55,845 bases of DNA from a virus. Its lineage: Duplodnaviria; Caudoviricetes. Of this stretch, positions 38,819 through 48,804 are shown one piece after another. Within the stretch, counting starts at the first letter, position 1, and each line of letters starts with the position of its first letter. The notes below the pieces were generated by a model. It saw only the letters and a program-made list of their open reading frames with translations, was not told the origin of the DNA and did not search any database. The stretch covers positions 1 through 55,845 of IMG/VR virus record IMGVR_UViG_3300025674_007203; one strand, given 5' to 3'. Made by a program: the position numbers and the translations under genes.

Positions 38819-38891
38819 GCCACCTTAGCTCAATTGGCAGAGCAGTTGATTTGTAATCAGCAGGTTGAGGGTTCAACTCCCCCAGGTGGCT
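38819..38891 (+). tRNA. tRNA-Thr(UGU)
   Basis: Acceptor GCCACCT/AGGTGGC, D arm GCTC/GAGC, anticodon arm GTTGA-TTTGTAA-TCAGC, T loop TTCAACT; CCA not encoded. Confidence 0.93.
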
Positions 38892-38945
38892 ATTGGGTTT
38901 TTGTGACCATCGGATTAGTTTTAGGGTAAATTACAAAGGGCAAAA

Positions 38946-39575
38946 ATGAAAAACAAAGTTGAGTTACTGGGGTATTATGGATCAGACGAAGTTATTGCTT
39001 GTAGTGCCTGGACAAGCACCAGTAGAGATTTAACGAACGAAAAAAAGGAACGAATTCCTAATCTTATAAATATGTTATGGAGTAATGGCCATGAAACTCC
39101 GTTTGAAAAAGGAATGGTTCACTTTCTTGTTGATTGCGACATTGCTAGTCATATTCATTTACTTAAACATAGAATCAGCTCTCTTAATGCTGAGTCGGCC
39201 CGCTATAAAGAATTAAAAGAAGACAAATATTATCTACCAGCAGATTGGCCTTCTAATTGGCAAGATAAGCTACAGGAATATACCAAGCTAGGTAATACTT
39301 TATACCATCAATGTGTAGAAGAATTAACAGATGCTCTTGGAAGAAAAAGGGCCAAAGAGTCAGCAAGATTCTTTAAAACTTACAACAGTCAGATTCAAGC
39401 GGACGTTAGTTTTAACATGAGAAGTTTTGCTAACTTCCAGAAACTGCGAAATAGTGAACACGCTCAAAAAGAGATTAGAGAAATTGCTCAAGAGATGCTT
39501 GCTCTGGTTCATAACATAGAAGGTAATCCTTTCCAGCATACATTAGCAGCATGGGAATCAATGTATGATAATTAA
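38946..39575 (+). CDS. thyX: flavin-dependent thymidylate synthase
   Basis: GHETPFE, KHR-X7-SARY variant of the ThyX motif, NMRSF, R...HAQKEIR. Confidence 0.9.
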   Translation: MKNKVELLGYYGSDEVIACSAWTSTSRDLTNEKKERIPNLINMLWSNGHETPFEKGMVHFLVDCDIASHIHLLKHRISSLNAESARYKELKEDKYYLPADWPSNWQDKLQEYTKLGNTLYHQCVEELTDALGRKRAKESARFFKTYNSQIQADVSFNMRSFANFQKLRNSEHAQKEIREIAQEMLALVHNIEGNPFQHTLAAWESMYDN

Positions 39576-39729
39576 GATTGAACAGCATATGGACTGTGGT
39601 AAAATTTGTAAAGCTATAGAAAAACTATTAAGAAAAAAAGGCGATTTGACTAACAAAGTTGTTAGTGTTAATATTGTAGATATGGCAGAATCTGCTGCTC
39701 ACATACCTAAATTGGAAAACAAAGAATGA
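39565..39729 (+). CDS. 54-aa hypothetical protein, absent from the ORF track
   Basis: MIIKIEQHMDCGKICKAIEK...LENKE; overlaps the thyX end and has an ATGA overlap with the C-terminal dnaE gene. Confidence 0.6.
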   Translation: MIIKIEQHMDCGKICKAIEKLLRKKGDLTNKVVSVNIVDMAESAAHIPKLENKE

Positions 39730-41330
39730 AGTATTTCACCTATAGTTGCGGATGTAAATTTCCTATTGAAGAAAATGGTTTAACCAAAATACATTTTCAC
39801 CCGCAGATTGAAAATCTTAATTTAGAATGCCAGAGAACATGGGATCTAATTTCAGACGGTAACACAAAAGGAGTATTTCAATTAGAAAGTAGGCTAGGAA
39901 AACAAACTGCCAAAAAACTAAAGCCAGAAAATATAGAACAACTTTCTGCTCTTATTGCTATTTTAAGACCAGGATGTCTTGAAGCATTAAGAGAAGGCAA
40001 AAGCGTTACCAATCATTATATAGACAAGAAGAATAAAGAAGAATCTGTAGACTACTTCCATCCTGCATTAGAGCCTATTCTAAACTCCACTTATGGAGAA
40101 ATGATTTATCAAGAGCAGGCAATGGAGATTGCTAAAGTTATTGCTGGTTTCAATTTGCAAGAAGCGGATGGTCTTCGCAAGGCAATTGGTAAAAAGAAGC
40201 CAGAGGAAATGGCTAAAGTTAAAAAGAAGTTTATTAAGGGCTCAAAGAAACTTGGTATTGTTTCGTCAGATGAGGCAGAACAGATATTTGGTTGGATTGA
40301 GAAATCCCAAAGATATTCTTTTAATAAATCTCATAGCGTTAGTTATGCTATTAATGCCTATTTATCTGCATTTGCAAAAGCACATTTCCCGAAAGTATTT
40401 TTTGCTTCTTATCTAAGATTCGCCAAGGATAAAATTGATCCACAAGCAGAAATAAAAGAGTTAGTTCAAAATGCCATAGAAATGGATATTGATATTAGGC
40501 CACCTGATATTAGAAATCTTAACAAGCATTTTATTCTAAAAAACAACAAAGTATATTTTGGCCTCACAGACATTAAAGGATTAGGATATTCTGTTTTCGA
40601 TAAATTAATAAATGTTATAGAAGATGTGGACTTAGATAAATGTATCTGGATTGATTTTCTATTAACTATATTGCCTCATATCAATTCAACCGCAGCGAAA
40701 GCCCTCATTCAATCTGGGGCGCTAACATATCTGAAAAAAACTAGAAATCATATGCTTTTCGAATTTGGTATAATTTCTAATCTCACAAAGAAAGAACTAC
40801 TTTTTATTGCAGAAAGTAAATGCGAAACACTAAAAGCATGTTTAGAGCATCTATATACCAATGGCAAAATTAATAAAAATAGAAAAGCCATAGTTGAAAA
40901 TCTAATATCTACAATTAATAAACCTCCGTATTCTTTAGAAGACAGCCCAGAATGGATAGCAGATAGCGAAGACACATTACTAGGATGTTCTATTACTTGC
41001 GGCAAAGTAGATATGTACGATATATCTATGTGTAATACTACTTGTAAAGACTTTAAAACAGGAGACAGAAAAGATAAAATTATTTTGGGAGGAGAAATTG
41101 ATCATATAGGAGTTGTAAAAACAAAGAATGGAAAGAATCCTGGTGCAGAAATGGCTTTTGTGACCATGAAAGACAGCACGGGGTCTTTAGATAGTATCAT
41201 TTTCTTTCCTGAGCAATATCGTGAATTTAAAAATGTGTTATTTGAAGGAAATATCATTATCATCAAAGGCAATAGGTCTAGAAACAAAGATAGTCTCATT
41301 GTAGAGAAGACCTACATTGCTAAGACTTGA
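39726..41330 (+). CDS. dnaE: DNA polymerase III alpha, C-terminal subunit (fingers, HhH, OB fold)
   Basis: GNTKGVFQLES, LRPG, YQEQAM, LRKAIGKK, FNKSHS, GLTDIKGLG, MAFVTMKDSTG. Confidence 0.95.
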   Translation: MKYFTYSCGCKFPIEENGLTKIHFHPQIENLNLECQRTWDLISDGNTKGVFQLESRLGKQTAKKLKPENIEQLSALIAILRPGCLEALREGKSVTNHYIDKKNKEESVDYFHPALEPILNSTYGEMIYQEQAMEIAKVIAGFNLQEADGLRKAIGKKKPEEMAKVKKKFIKGSKKLGIVSSDEAEQIFGWIEKSQRYSFNKSHSVSYAINAYLSAFAKAHFPKVFFASYLRFAKDKIDPQAEIKELVQNAIEMDIDIRPPDIRNLNKHFILKNNKVYFGLTDIKGLGYSVFDKLINVIEDVDLDKCIWIDFLLTILPHINSTAAKALIQSGALTYLKKTRNHMLFEFGIISNLTKKELLFIAESKCETLKACLEHLYTNGKINKNRKAIVENLISTINKPPYSLEDSPEWIADSEDTLLGCSITCGKVDMYDISMCNTTCKDFKTGDRKDKIILGGEIDHIGVVKTKNGKNPGAEMAFVTMKDSTGSLDSIIFFPEQYREFKNVLFEGNIIIIKGNRSRNKDSLIVEKTYIAKT

Positions 41331-41355
41331 CACAAATGCTGGGTTATGCTATAAT
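41327..41355 (+). promoter_or_regulatory. consensus sigma70 promoter for ssb
   Basis: TTGACA (overlapping the dnaE TGA)-17 bp-TATAAT with extended TG; CCCAGG/CCTGGG hairpin follows at 41363-41379. Confidence 0.9.
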
Positions 41356-41417
41356 AAGATCACCCAGGGTGTTCCTGGGATTTTGGTTTTGGTTTTGTTA
41401 ATTTTAAGGAGAAACTT

Positions 41418-41825
41418 ATGAATTTAGTTATTTTGCGTGGAAATCTTGCTCGTGATCCTGAACTTCGAGTTGTCGGAGAAAAAAGAACTGCTGTTGTAAA
41501 CTTCACTGTTGCTACATCTAGAGAATTTACAAGAGCAGACGGAACTCATGATAAGACAACTTCTTTTATTACTTGTGAAGCATGGGATTCTGGAGCTGTC
41601 GCTGTTTCTAATACGCTAAAGAAGGGCGATCTAGTAATGGTAGAAGGATCATTAAGAAATGATTCTTGGGAAAAGGATGGAGTAAAGCATTCTACCATGA
41701 AGGTTAGAGTGAATAATTTTGCTCCTATCGTAAAGGGACAAGGTGCTGTTCTTAAAAAGAAGAATGTAGAACCCGAAAGTGTAAGCCAAGAAGCAGAATC
41801 GGTAGAAGATACCGTAGCGTTTTAG
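41418..41825 (+). CDS. ssb: single-stranded DNA-binding protein
   Basis: MNLVILRGNLARDPELR, KGDLVMVEGSL, acidic tail ending in F. Confidence 0.95.
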   Translation: MNLVILRGNLARDPELRVVGEKRTAVVNFTVATSREFTRADGTHDKTTSFITCEAWDSGAVAVSNTLKKGDLVMVEGSLRNDSWEKDGVKHSTMKVRVNNFAPIVKGQGAVLKKKNVEPESVSQEAESVEDTVAF

Positions 41826-41829
41826 TTTA

Positions 41830-41909
41830 TTAAGTTGGGGTGGCTGTTGGGATTAAAGGTTTATTTTATAATGAAATCAAGAAACAATTCGGCAGCCATC
41901 CCGACTTAA
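41830..41909 (+). other. long intergenic RNA stem-loop
   Basis: TTAAGTTGGGGTGGCTGTTG pairs with CGGCAGCCATCCCGACTTAA over 20 bp, four of them G-U. Confidence 0.7.
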
Positions 41910-41928
41910 CACAAAGAAAGATAACTAT

Positions 41929-43581
41929 ATGAGAAAAACAAGAATACTAATAGCGAACGACTTTAGTTTATTGGGTACTGGCTATGGCGTGTATGGCAAA
42001 GAACTATTAACAAGATTACATAATACTGGCAAATATGAAATAGCTGAAATTGGATGTTATACTAGTCTTGATAATCTAAAAATCAAAGATCTCCTTTGGA
42101 AAGTATATCCGAACGCCCCGTCCAGCAAAGATCCTGAAGACCAGAAAAAGAAATACGGATCTTCTCCAGCCAATGCCTTTGGATCATGGAGATTTAATCA
42201 AATTCTATTGCATTTTAAGCCAGATATTGTGTTTGATATGCGAGACTATTGGATGTATGCCTATCAAGAAATTAGTCCATTTAGACAATTCTTTAGGTGG
42301 GTAGTAATGCCTACAGTAGACTCTGCACCACAAAAACCAGAATGGCTTGACACTTTTTCTAATATGGACGTAGTAATTCCATATACAGATTGGGCAAAAC
42401 AAACATTAGAAAATCAATGTGGCAATAAAATAAATCTTTTTCCAGATATAGCCAATGCTGGCGTTGATCTAGAAACATTTGTTCCTCCAAAAAACAAAAA
42501 GGATTTACAAAAAGAAATATTCGGAAAAGAAGTAAGCATTACTGGAGCTGTAATGCGTAATCAGAAACGAAAACTATTCCCAGATCTTTTTGCTGCTTAT
42601 AGAGCATATCTGGACAAATTGTTGTCTGAAGGAAAAACAGAACTCTATAACAAGAGCTATCTTTATTTGCATACTTCTTATCCAGAACATGCGGGATGGG
42701 ATATTCCTTCGCTATTGATAGAACATAAATTAACTGATAAAGTTTATTTCACTAGCATATGCTCTAAGTGTCAAGCTGTATATCCTACTAAATTTCACGA
42801 ACCAATAACGAAGTGTGAGATATGCGATAGTCCCACGTGTTATCTGACAAACGCTACCAATCCTGCTCCAACTGCAGCACTAATAAGTATTTATCAAACT
42901 TTTGATTTCTTTCTTCAGGTAGCTATTTGTGAAGGATTTGGTATGCCTCAAGTAGAAGCAGCATCTTGTGGAATTCCTATAGCTAGTGTTGATTATAGTG
43001 CTATGACAGAGATTGTCAGAAAATTAAAAGGATATTCAATACCAGTTGAAAGACTTTATCGAGAAATGGAAACAGGTGCAGACAGAGCATATCCAAAAAT
43101 AAATGCAATTACTGAAATATTGTATGATTATTTTGTAAGTAAGTCAGAAGAAGACCGAAACTCAATGTCAAAACAAACTAGATCACTATGCGAGAAATAT
43201 TATTCTTGGGATCTAGTAGCAGATGTTTGGGATAGAGCCTTTGATACTGCAGACATAAGTTGTAATTTAGCTTGGGACAGCCCAAAAAGAGAAATTAATA
43301 ACGATATATCTGTGCCTCATCAAAAAAATGTTGTTGAGTTTATCGAATTTATTATTAAGGAAATTATTAGAGAGCCATATTTACTAAAAACATCACCAAT
43401 TAAAAAACTCATAAAGGATTTTACTAATGGTTATTCTGTTGCAATGAGAAGTCACGTTCAGTCAATGACTCCGGAATTAGTTGTTAAACAATTAGAGCAA
43501 TATATGAACGGAAAATCTATATACGAAGCTATTAGGCAAAATCCAACAAAACTATTCCAGGAGCCATATTTGAATGTCTGA
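41929..43581 (+). CDS. glycosyltransferase family 4 (GT-B) with Cys4 insert
   Basis: TGYG, RNQKRK, EGFGMPQVEAASCG, YSWD; CSKC...CEIC insert. Confidence 0.88.
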   Translation: MRKTRILIANDFSLLGTGYGVYGKELLTRLHNTGKYEIAEIGCYTSLDNLKIKDLLWKVYPNAPSSKDPEDQKKKYGSSPANAFGSWRFNQILLHFKPDIVFDMRDYWMYAYQEISPFRQFFRWVVMPTVDSAPQKPEWLDTFSNMDVVIPYTDWAKQTLENQCGNKINLFPDIANAGVDLETFVPPKNKKDLQKEIFGKEVSITGAVMRNQKRKLFPDLFAAYRAYLDKLLSEGKTELYNKSYLYLHTSYPEHAGWDIPSLLIEHKLTDKVYFTSICSKCQAVYPTKFHEPITKCEICDSPTCYLTNATNPAPTAALISIYQTFDFFLQVAICEGFGMPQVEAASCGIPIASVDYSAMTEIVRKLKGYSIPVERLYREMETGADRAYPKINAITEILYDYFVSKSEEDRNSMSKQTRSLCEKYYSWDLVADVWDRAFDTADISCNLAWDSPKREINNDISVPHQKNVVEFIEFIIKEIIREPYLLKTSPIKKLIKDFTNGYSVAMRSHVQSMTPELVVKQLEQYMNGKSIYEAIRQNPTKLFQEPYLNV

Positions 43582-44323
43582 TATAAGTCGATTGCATACT
43601 GCTTGTAAAAATTGTTATTTTGCTGAATATACAAATAATACCCAAACTGGGTGTTCAATGGGCTTGTTAGATGAATATGGAAAAACAGATCACATAGAAA
43701 TCAAAGAAGCTTATGATCATGAAAAAGAATTCTATATTGTAGACAACAAACAATGTGTTGCATACAAAGAAAAAAAATATTTTGAATCAAGAAATGTTGA
43801 AAACGATAAAAACACGAGAATACAATATGTTAAAAATCTTCTAAAGCTAAAATATGTTGCAATAATTAACTGCTACACTACAGATTTGAATACATTAAGC
43901 GACATTCTTAAAGAAATAAAACAAGCTGATGTACATCCAGATAGTATCATAATTTGCTTAAATGAAAATAGCTTATTTCAGCCTCATGAATACTATAAAG
44001 TTTTAAATAAATCTGGAATAAAATCTAGATGGAAAATAAAAAATGTTTCTCATGTAGAACAAGACCATATTACTACTGTGCATGAAATAATAAATCTTGG
44101 TGCTGAAAATTGTAATTTTGTTTTGTCAGTTAATGGTAATTTTAATAACTTGACTACAATAATTAACACAGCCAACGATATTACATATAAAAAATTTAAA
44201 AGATTCATGGTATTAAGTAATGAAAGCAAAGAAACAATTTTGTTTAATAAATTTGTCTATAAAGCTGGACTTACAAAATCACATGATATAATAACTCATT
44301 ATGAAGAATATACAACCATATGA
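43574..44323 (+). CDS. hypothetical protein (Cys-rich N-terminus)
   Basis: CKNCYFA...GC; 249 aa. Confidence 0.75.
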   Translation: MSDISRLHTACKNCYFAEYTNNTQTGCSMGLLDEYGKTDHIEIKEAYDHEKEFYIVDNKQCVAYKEKKYFESRNVENDKNTRIQYVKNLLKLKYVAIINCYTTDLNTLSDILKEIKQADVHPDSIIICLNENSLFQPHEYYKVLNKSGIKSRWKIKNVSHVEQDHITTVHEIINLGAENCNFVLSVNGNFNNLTTIINTANDITYKKFKRFMVLSNESKETILFNKFVYKAGLTKSHDIITHYEEYTTI

Positions 44324-44961
44324 ACTGTATAATTATAGCAGATAAATATGCTAAAGGCATGAAGTCCAAAGGCTGTTATGGTCTAATCCAGATTAACCAG
44401 AGGACGAACTTATTTCAAACACAATATAAAGCTATAAAGACAGCTTTTCCAAGAAGTAACATAATTTATGTATATGGTTTTGAAAACAAAAAAATCAAAA
44501 GGTATTTTAGTAAAAGCTATCCAGATGTTATAGCGATAGAGAATAAAGAATACAACGAGACTGGTTTCGTAAACTCAATTAAATGCGCTTCTGATTATCT
44601 CGACCAAAATTGTTTAATATTTTTTGGAGATCTAGCCATTAAATCGGAAATGTTTAAAAATTTTAATAGAGAAAAATCACATATTTATCTTAGCAAAAAA
44701 AATAACAATTCATTAGGATGTATAGTTCGCAACAATAATGTTCTGAATATATCCTATGGTCTGGATAATTATTTATTGAATATGTATTACATAAACAAAA
44801 AAAACATAGAAACATTTAGTTACTACATCAACGAAAATAAACTAAGAAATTATTTTTTATTTGAGATTATCAATAAAATGATTGACCAGGGAATTACTTT
44901 CCATCCCTCTATACAAAAGAATAAAAAAATTATATCTATCAATAAAAAACCCGGAGTATAA
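44320..44961 (+). CDS. sugar-nucleotidyltransferase-like protein (degenerate)
   Basis: IIIADKYAKGMKS, VYGF, IENKEY, LIFFGD resemble the NTP-transferase fold. Confidence 0.65.
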   Translation: MNCIIIADKYAKGMKSKGCYGLIQINQRTNLFQTQYKAIKTAFPRSNIIYVYGFENKKIKRYFSKSYPDVIAIENKEYNETGFVNSIKCASDYLDQNCLIFFGDLAIKSEMFKNFNREKSHIYLSKKNNNSLGCIVRNNNVLNISYGLDNYLLNMYYINKKNIETFSYYINENKLRNYFLFEIINKMIDQGITFHPSIQKNKKIISINKKPGV

Positions 44962-44962
44962 A

Positions 44963-45337
44963 ATGCAACTAGCTATTTATGTATCTGATGATACTGATTT
45001 AACATTGTTAGACACAATTTCTGATTTATATCAAGAACATATGCTATTCTTGGTTCTAGATAGTCAGTGCAGTAACCAGAAAATACCAAACACAGAATAT
45101 GCCTGCATTAATTTTTATCATTTATCTTACTATCAAGAAAAAATAATTTTTCTAAATCACAAAGATTTTAATAAAAGATCATCTGATTTAATCTGTGAAA
45201 AAACAGTTGTAGTCGAGAAAGAAAACTTGATCAAATTAGAAAAATCATTGATGAATAACGTGAATGTTCTTATTAAAGACAATAATAAAAAAATAAGGAA
45301 AGCTAAAAATGCCGAAATCCAATCTGTACTCAGATAA
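44963..45337 (+). CDS. hypothetical protein
   Basis: GGAG RBS, 124 aa. Confidence 0.7.
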   Translation: MQLAIYVSDDTDLTLLDTISDLYQEHMLFLVLDSQCSNQKIPNTEYACINFYHLSYYQEKIIFLNHKDFNKRSSDLICEKTVVVEKENLIKLEKSLMNNVNVLIKDNNKKIRKAKNAEIQSVLR

Positions 45338-46082
45338 CGACCTAAAAAGATTATACTTAGAAGAAAATAAAAGCTTTCAAGAAATAGCAGAAGAGTATAA
45401 TACTTATCCAAATAGAGTCAGACGAGATGCTATAAGAATTGGTATTCCTATTAGGAGCAAAAGTGAAGCACAAAAATTAGCTCTTGAAACAGGAAAACAT
45501 AAGCATCCAACAAAAGGAACTACTAGAAGCGAAGAGACTAAGGAAAAAATTGGTTCTTCTGTTATGAATTCTTGGGAAAGTTTGGAGGCATCAGAATTAA
45601 AACGAAGAAAAGAAATAGCAAAAAATAATTGGGATAATTTATCTGAACAAGAAAAACAATTAAGATTTGAAAAAGCTAATGAAGCTGTTAGAGTAAGTAG
45701 TAAACTTGGTTCTAAACTAGAAAAGTATTTACTTGAAAGTTTAGTAATAAACAATTATAAAACAATTCCTCACAAAGAACAAATTCTGAGTAATACAAAA
45801 TTGCACATTGACTTGTTTTTGCCAGAACTTAATATAGCAGTAGAGGTCGATGGTCCTTCTCATTTTTTACCAGTATGGGGAGAAGAAGCATTAAAGAGAA
45901 ATCAAGAATATGATAGTAAGAAAACCGGACTATTGATAGGCAAAGGTATTAATCTTATTAGGATTAAACAACAAAAAGATTTTTCTAAGTCCAGAGCAAA
46001 AATGATTTTTGAACGACTTATGGAAGCTATAGCAGATATCAGAAACGAAGGAAAGAATTATATAGAAATAGGAGATGAATAA
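45309..46082 (+). CDS. putative free-standing homing endonuclease (HTH/NUMOD3-like plus Vsr/DUF559-type nuclease)
   Basis: HPTKGTTRSEETKEKIG, IDLFLPELNIAVEVDGPSH. Confidence 0.75.
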   Translation: MPKSNLYSDNDLKRLYLEENKSFQEIAEEYNTYPNRVRRDAIRIGIPIRSKSEAQKLALETGKHKHPTKGTTRSEETKEKIGSSVMNSWESLEASELKRRKEIAKNNWDNLSEQEKQLRFEKANEAVRVSSKLGSKLEKYLLESLVINNYKTIPHKEQILSNTKLHIDLFLPELNIAVEVDGPSHFLPVWGEEALKRNQEYDSKKTGLLIGKGINLIRIKQQKDFSKSRAKMIFERLMEAIADIRNEGKNYIEIGDE

Positions 46083-46843
46083 TGCCCAGAGGAAGAAAAA
46101 AGATGGAAGATAAGGATCAAGAAATACTGGATGAAAATCAAGAATCATTGGATCAAAAATTGGAGGAAAAACTTACTCCAACTATCCACGATATTGAATG
46201 GACAGATTATGTATTAAGTTTTCTAACAGAAGACGAGAAGATTATGGGTAATCCTACAACGGATGGATTGCGTAGAATTTTTGAGAAAGTAATGGATTCT
46301 GAGATTATGGAGGCGACTACTAAAGTTGACCAAACTCCTAGCAGAGATAACGAGATGAGAGCTACTGTTACTTTTAGCCTCATATTTAAATCAAATAAAG
46401 AAACCGAATCAAGACTCGGTATTTATAATAGCAAGCTTGTAACGGGCGCTGCGGACGTTTATTGGGGTAATTGCGACAAGGTCTTCAGAAATCATCCTGT
46501 TGCTGTGGCTGAAACTAGAGCAGAGGGAAGGGCATTACGTCGCGCTTTAAGATTAAGAAAAGTTGTTGCTGCTGAAGAAGTTGCTTCAGAAATTGAAGAT
46601 CATCCAGACGCTATTAATGTCAGCAAAATAACCAACAATCAGATTAATTTTATTGATGTAATGGCAAAAAGATTAGACATTAATGTTAAAAAAATGCTCA
46701 ATCAAATACTTGACATTAAAGAAGAAAATGTCTATAATATTGAATATGAAGATGCAGTGAAAGTTGCTTCTGTCTTAGCTGAATACCAACAAAAAGACAA
46801 TGCACCTGAAGAAATTCTTGGATTTGATGCAAACTGGAGATAA
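46082..46843 (+). CDS. Rad52/Sak-like ssDNA annealing protein (tentative)
   Basis: ATV...GAAD...AVAETRAEGRALRRAL resembles the Rad52-family core. Confidence 0.55.
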   Translation: MPRGRKKMEDKDQEILDENQESLDQKLEEKLTPTIHDIEWTDYVLSFLTEDEKIMGNPTTDGLRRIFEKVMDSEIMEATTKVDQTPSRDNEMRATVTFSLIFKSNKETESRLGIYNSKLVTGAADVYWGNCDKVFRNHPVAVAETRAEGRALRRALRLRKVVAAEEVASEIEDHPDAINVSKITNNQINFIDVMAKRLDINVKKMLNQILDIKEENVYNIEYEDAVKVASVLAEYQQKDNAPEEILGFDANWR

Positions 46844-46845
46844 AT

Positions 46846-47169
46846 ATGAAACTACACTATAAAGCTAATGAAAAACTAACTTTTGAGGTTGAGGGAACAG
46901 GACAAAAAGAAGTTTTTAAAGAACTTGCTATGTTGCAAGAAATCTTTGGAGAAAAACAATGCGGAATGTGCAAAGGCAATGATTTACGATTCATTTGCAG
47001 AACTGTAGAAGGCAATGACTATTATGAGCTAAAGTGTAATAGTTGTGGGGCCTTGTTGTCTTTCGGACAGCATAAAAAGGGAGGAACTTTATTTCCAAAG
47101 AGAAAAGACGATCAAAATGAATATCTTCCCAATTATGGCTGGTATAAATGGAACCCCTCTAAGAAATAA
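46846..47169 (+). CDS. zinc-ribbon hypothetical protein
   Basis: CGMC...CNSCGA. Confidence 0.75.
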   Translation: MKLHYKANEKLTFEVEGTGQKEVFKELAMLQEIFGEKQCGMCKGNDLRFICRTVEGNDYYELKCNSCGALLSFGQHKKGGTLFPKRKDDQNEYLPNYGWYKWNPSKK

Positions 47170-47172
47170 GCA

Positions 47173-48804
47173 ATGTCCAACAATATAACATTCGTTACAG
47201 GAATTTGGGATCTCCAAAGAGGAGATGCCAAACCTGGATGGAATAGGTCTTTCGATCACTACAAAAATAGATTCAAAGAACTTCTTGTAGAAATGAAAGA
47301 CTTTAATCTTATTGTGTATATAGATCCTTCTCTGGAATCATTTGTTTGGGAACATAGATCAAAAGAAAATACCCATATCATCCATCATAAAAAAGAACAA
47401 TTTGGTGGAAATTTTTTCCCGTTCCTAAATAAAGTACAAGAGATTAGAACAAATCCAGACTGGTATAACCAAGTAGGATGGCTTAAAGATAGTACACAAG
47501 CATCATTGCCTTTCTATAATCCAATGGTAATGAGCAAAATGTTTCTTCTGCATAATGCTAAAATAATAAGTCCTTTTGACGACCAATATATTTATTGGAT
47601 CGACGGAGGAATAACTAATACTCTAAGTCTTGGTTATTTTCAAAATCCTACAGTTATTAGTAATCTAAAAAGGATTTCTCAAAAACTTATCTTCATCTGT
47701 TTTCCATATCATACCAATACTGAAATACATGGCTTTGATATTAAAAAGATGAGAGAATATGCTAAAGCAGAAGATGTTGATCGAGTAGCGAGAGGAGGAT
47801 TTTTTGGAGGCAATAGAGACTATCTACCAGAAGCTAATGCTGTATATTACGATTTACTAGATCGGTCTTTAAATCAAAATTTGATGGGTACAGAGGAAAG
47901 CATATTTACTATTATGACTTACCTCTATCCTACTAAATATAAGTTTGAGATGATAAAACCTGATGGTTTGATATATACTTTTTTTGAGAATTTGCAAAAA
48001 CCAACTTTTAAATCTAGAAACAGCAAAAAAGTAAATCTGTATATTCTCACATATAATTCTGTTGAACAACCAAAAATGGTATTGGATTCTTTTTTAAAGC
48101 ATGATCGTAGCTTTATTAATGATACAAATCTTATTCTAATTAACAATACAATAGACTCTAAATATTTTAAAGAATATGAGACTTTGTGTGACCAATTTGG
48201 TATGCAAGAATTTAGGCATAATAATATAGGCATATGCGGAGGAAGACAATGGGCAGCAGAACATTTCCATGAGTCTGATGCTGATTATATGATGTTCTTT
48301 GAGGATGATATGCTGTTGGATTTAGAGGGAACTTGTCCTTTTGGGTTTACAAAAAAGATATCTAATCCATTTTATAATTTCCTTGATATTATGGAAAAAG
48401 AAAATTATACATTCTTAAAGTTGTGTTTTAGTGAATTCTTTGGGAATAATTCCGAACAATGGGCCTGGCACAATGTTCCTGTTAAAGAAAAAAGCAAATA
48501 TTTTGGGAATATAAATAGTAATAGTAGGCCTAATACTCAATTTAGTTGCATCAAAAGCTATGAAGGAATACCATATGCAGAGGGAGAAGTTTATTATTGC
48601 AACTGGCCGCATATAATAGGAAAAGAAGGAAACAAGAAATGTTTTATAGATAAGAAATGGGCTCATCCATATGAACAAACTTGGATGAGTTATCTATTTC
48701 AACTTACTCGCAAAAAAGAAATTAATCCAGCAATTTTATTAGCAAGCCCTTTTACACACAATAGGATCGTTCATTATGGAAACAATGAGAGAAGAGAAAA
48801 CTGA
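47173..48804 (+). CDS. HtrL/YibB-like domain fused to a GT-A glycosyltransferase domain
   Basis: [31 protein letters not shown]; then [18 protein letters not shown]. Confidence 0.75.
   Translation: MSNNITFVTGIWDLQRGDAKPGWNRSFDHYKNRFKELLVEMKDFNLIVYIDPSLESFVWEHRSKENTHIIHHKKEQFGGNFFPFLNKVQEIRTNPDWYNQVGWLKDSTQASLPFYNPMVMSKMFLLHNAKIISPFDDQYIYWIDGGITNTLSLGYFQNPTVISNLKRISQKLIFICFPYHTNTEIHGFDIKKMREYAKAEDVDRVARGGFFGGNRDYLPEANAVYYDLLDRSLNQNLMGTEESIFTIMTYLYPTKYKFEMIKPDGLIYTFFENLQKPTFKSRNSKKVNLYILTYNSVEQPKMVLDSFLKHDRSFINDTNLILINNTIDSKYFKEYETLCDQFGMQEFRHNNIGICGGRQWAAEHFHESDADYMMFFEDDMLLDLEGTCPFGFTKKISNPFYNFLDIMEKENYTFLKLCFSEFFGNNSEQWAWHNVPVKEKSKYFGNINSNSRPNTQFSCIKSYEGIPYAEGEVYYCNWPHIIGKEGNKKCFIDKKWAHPYEQTWMSYLFQLTRKKEINPAILLASPFTHNRIVHYGNNERREN

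Noticed and set aside
35150-39850. Split intein or self-splicing intron joining the dnaE halves
   Set aside because: No intein-like extensions at either junction, and the gap is filled with ordinary genes, a tRNA, a terminator and a promoter.
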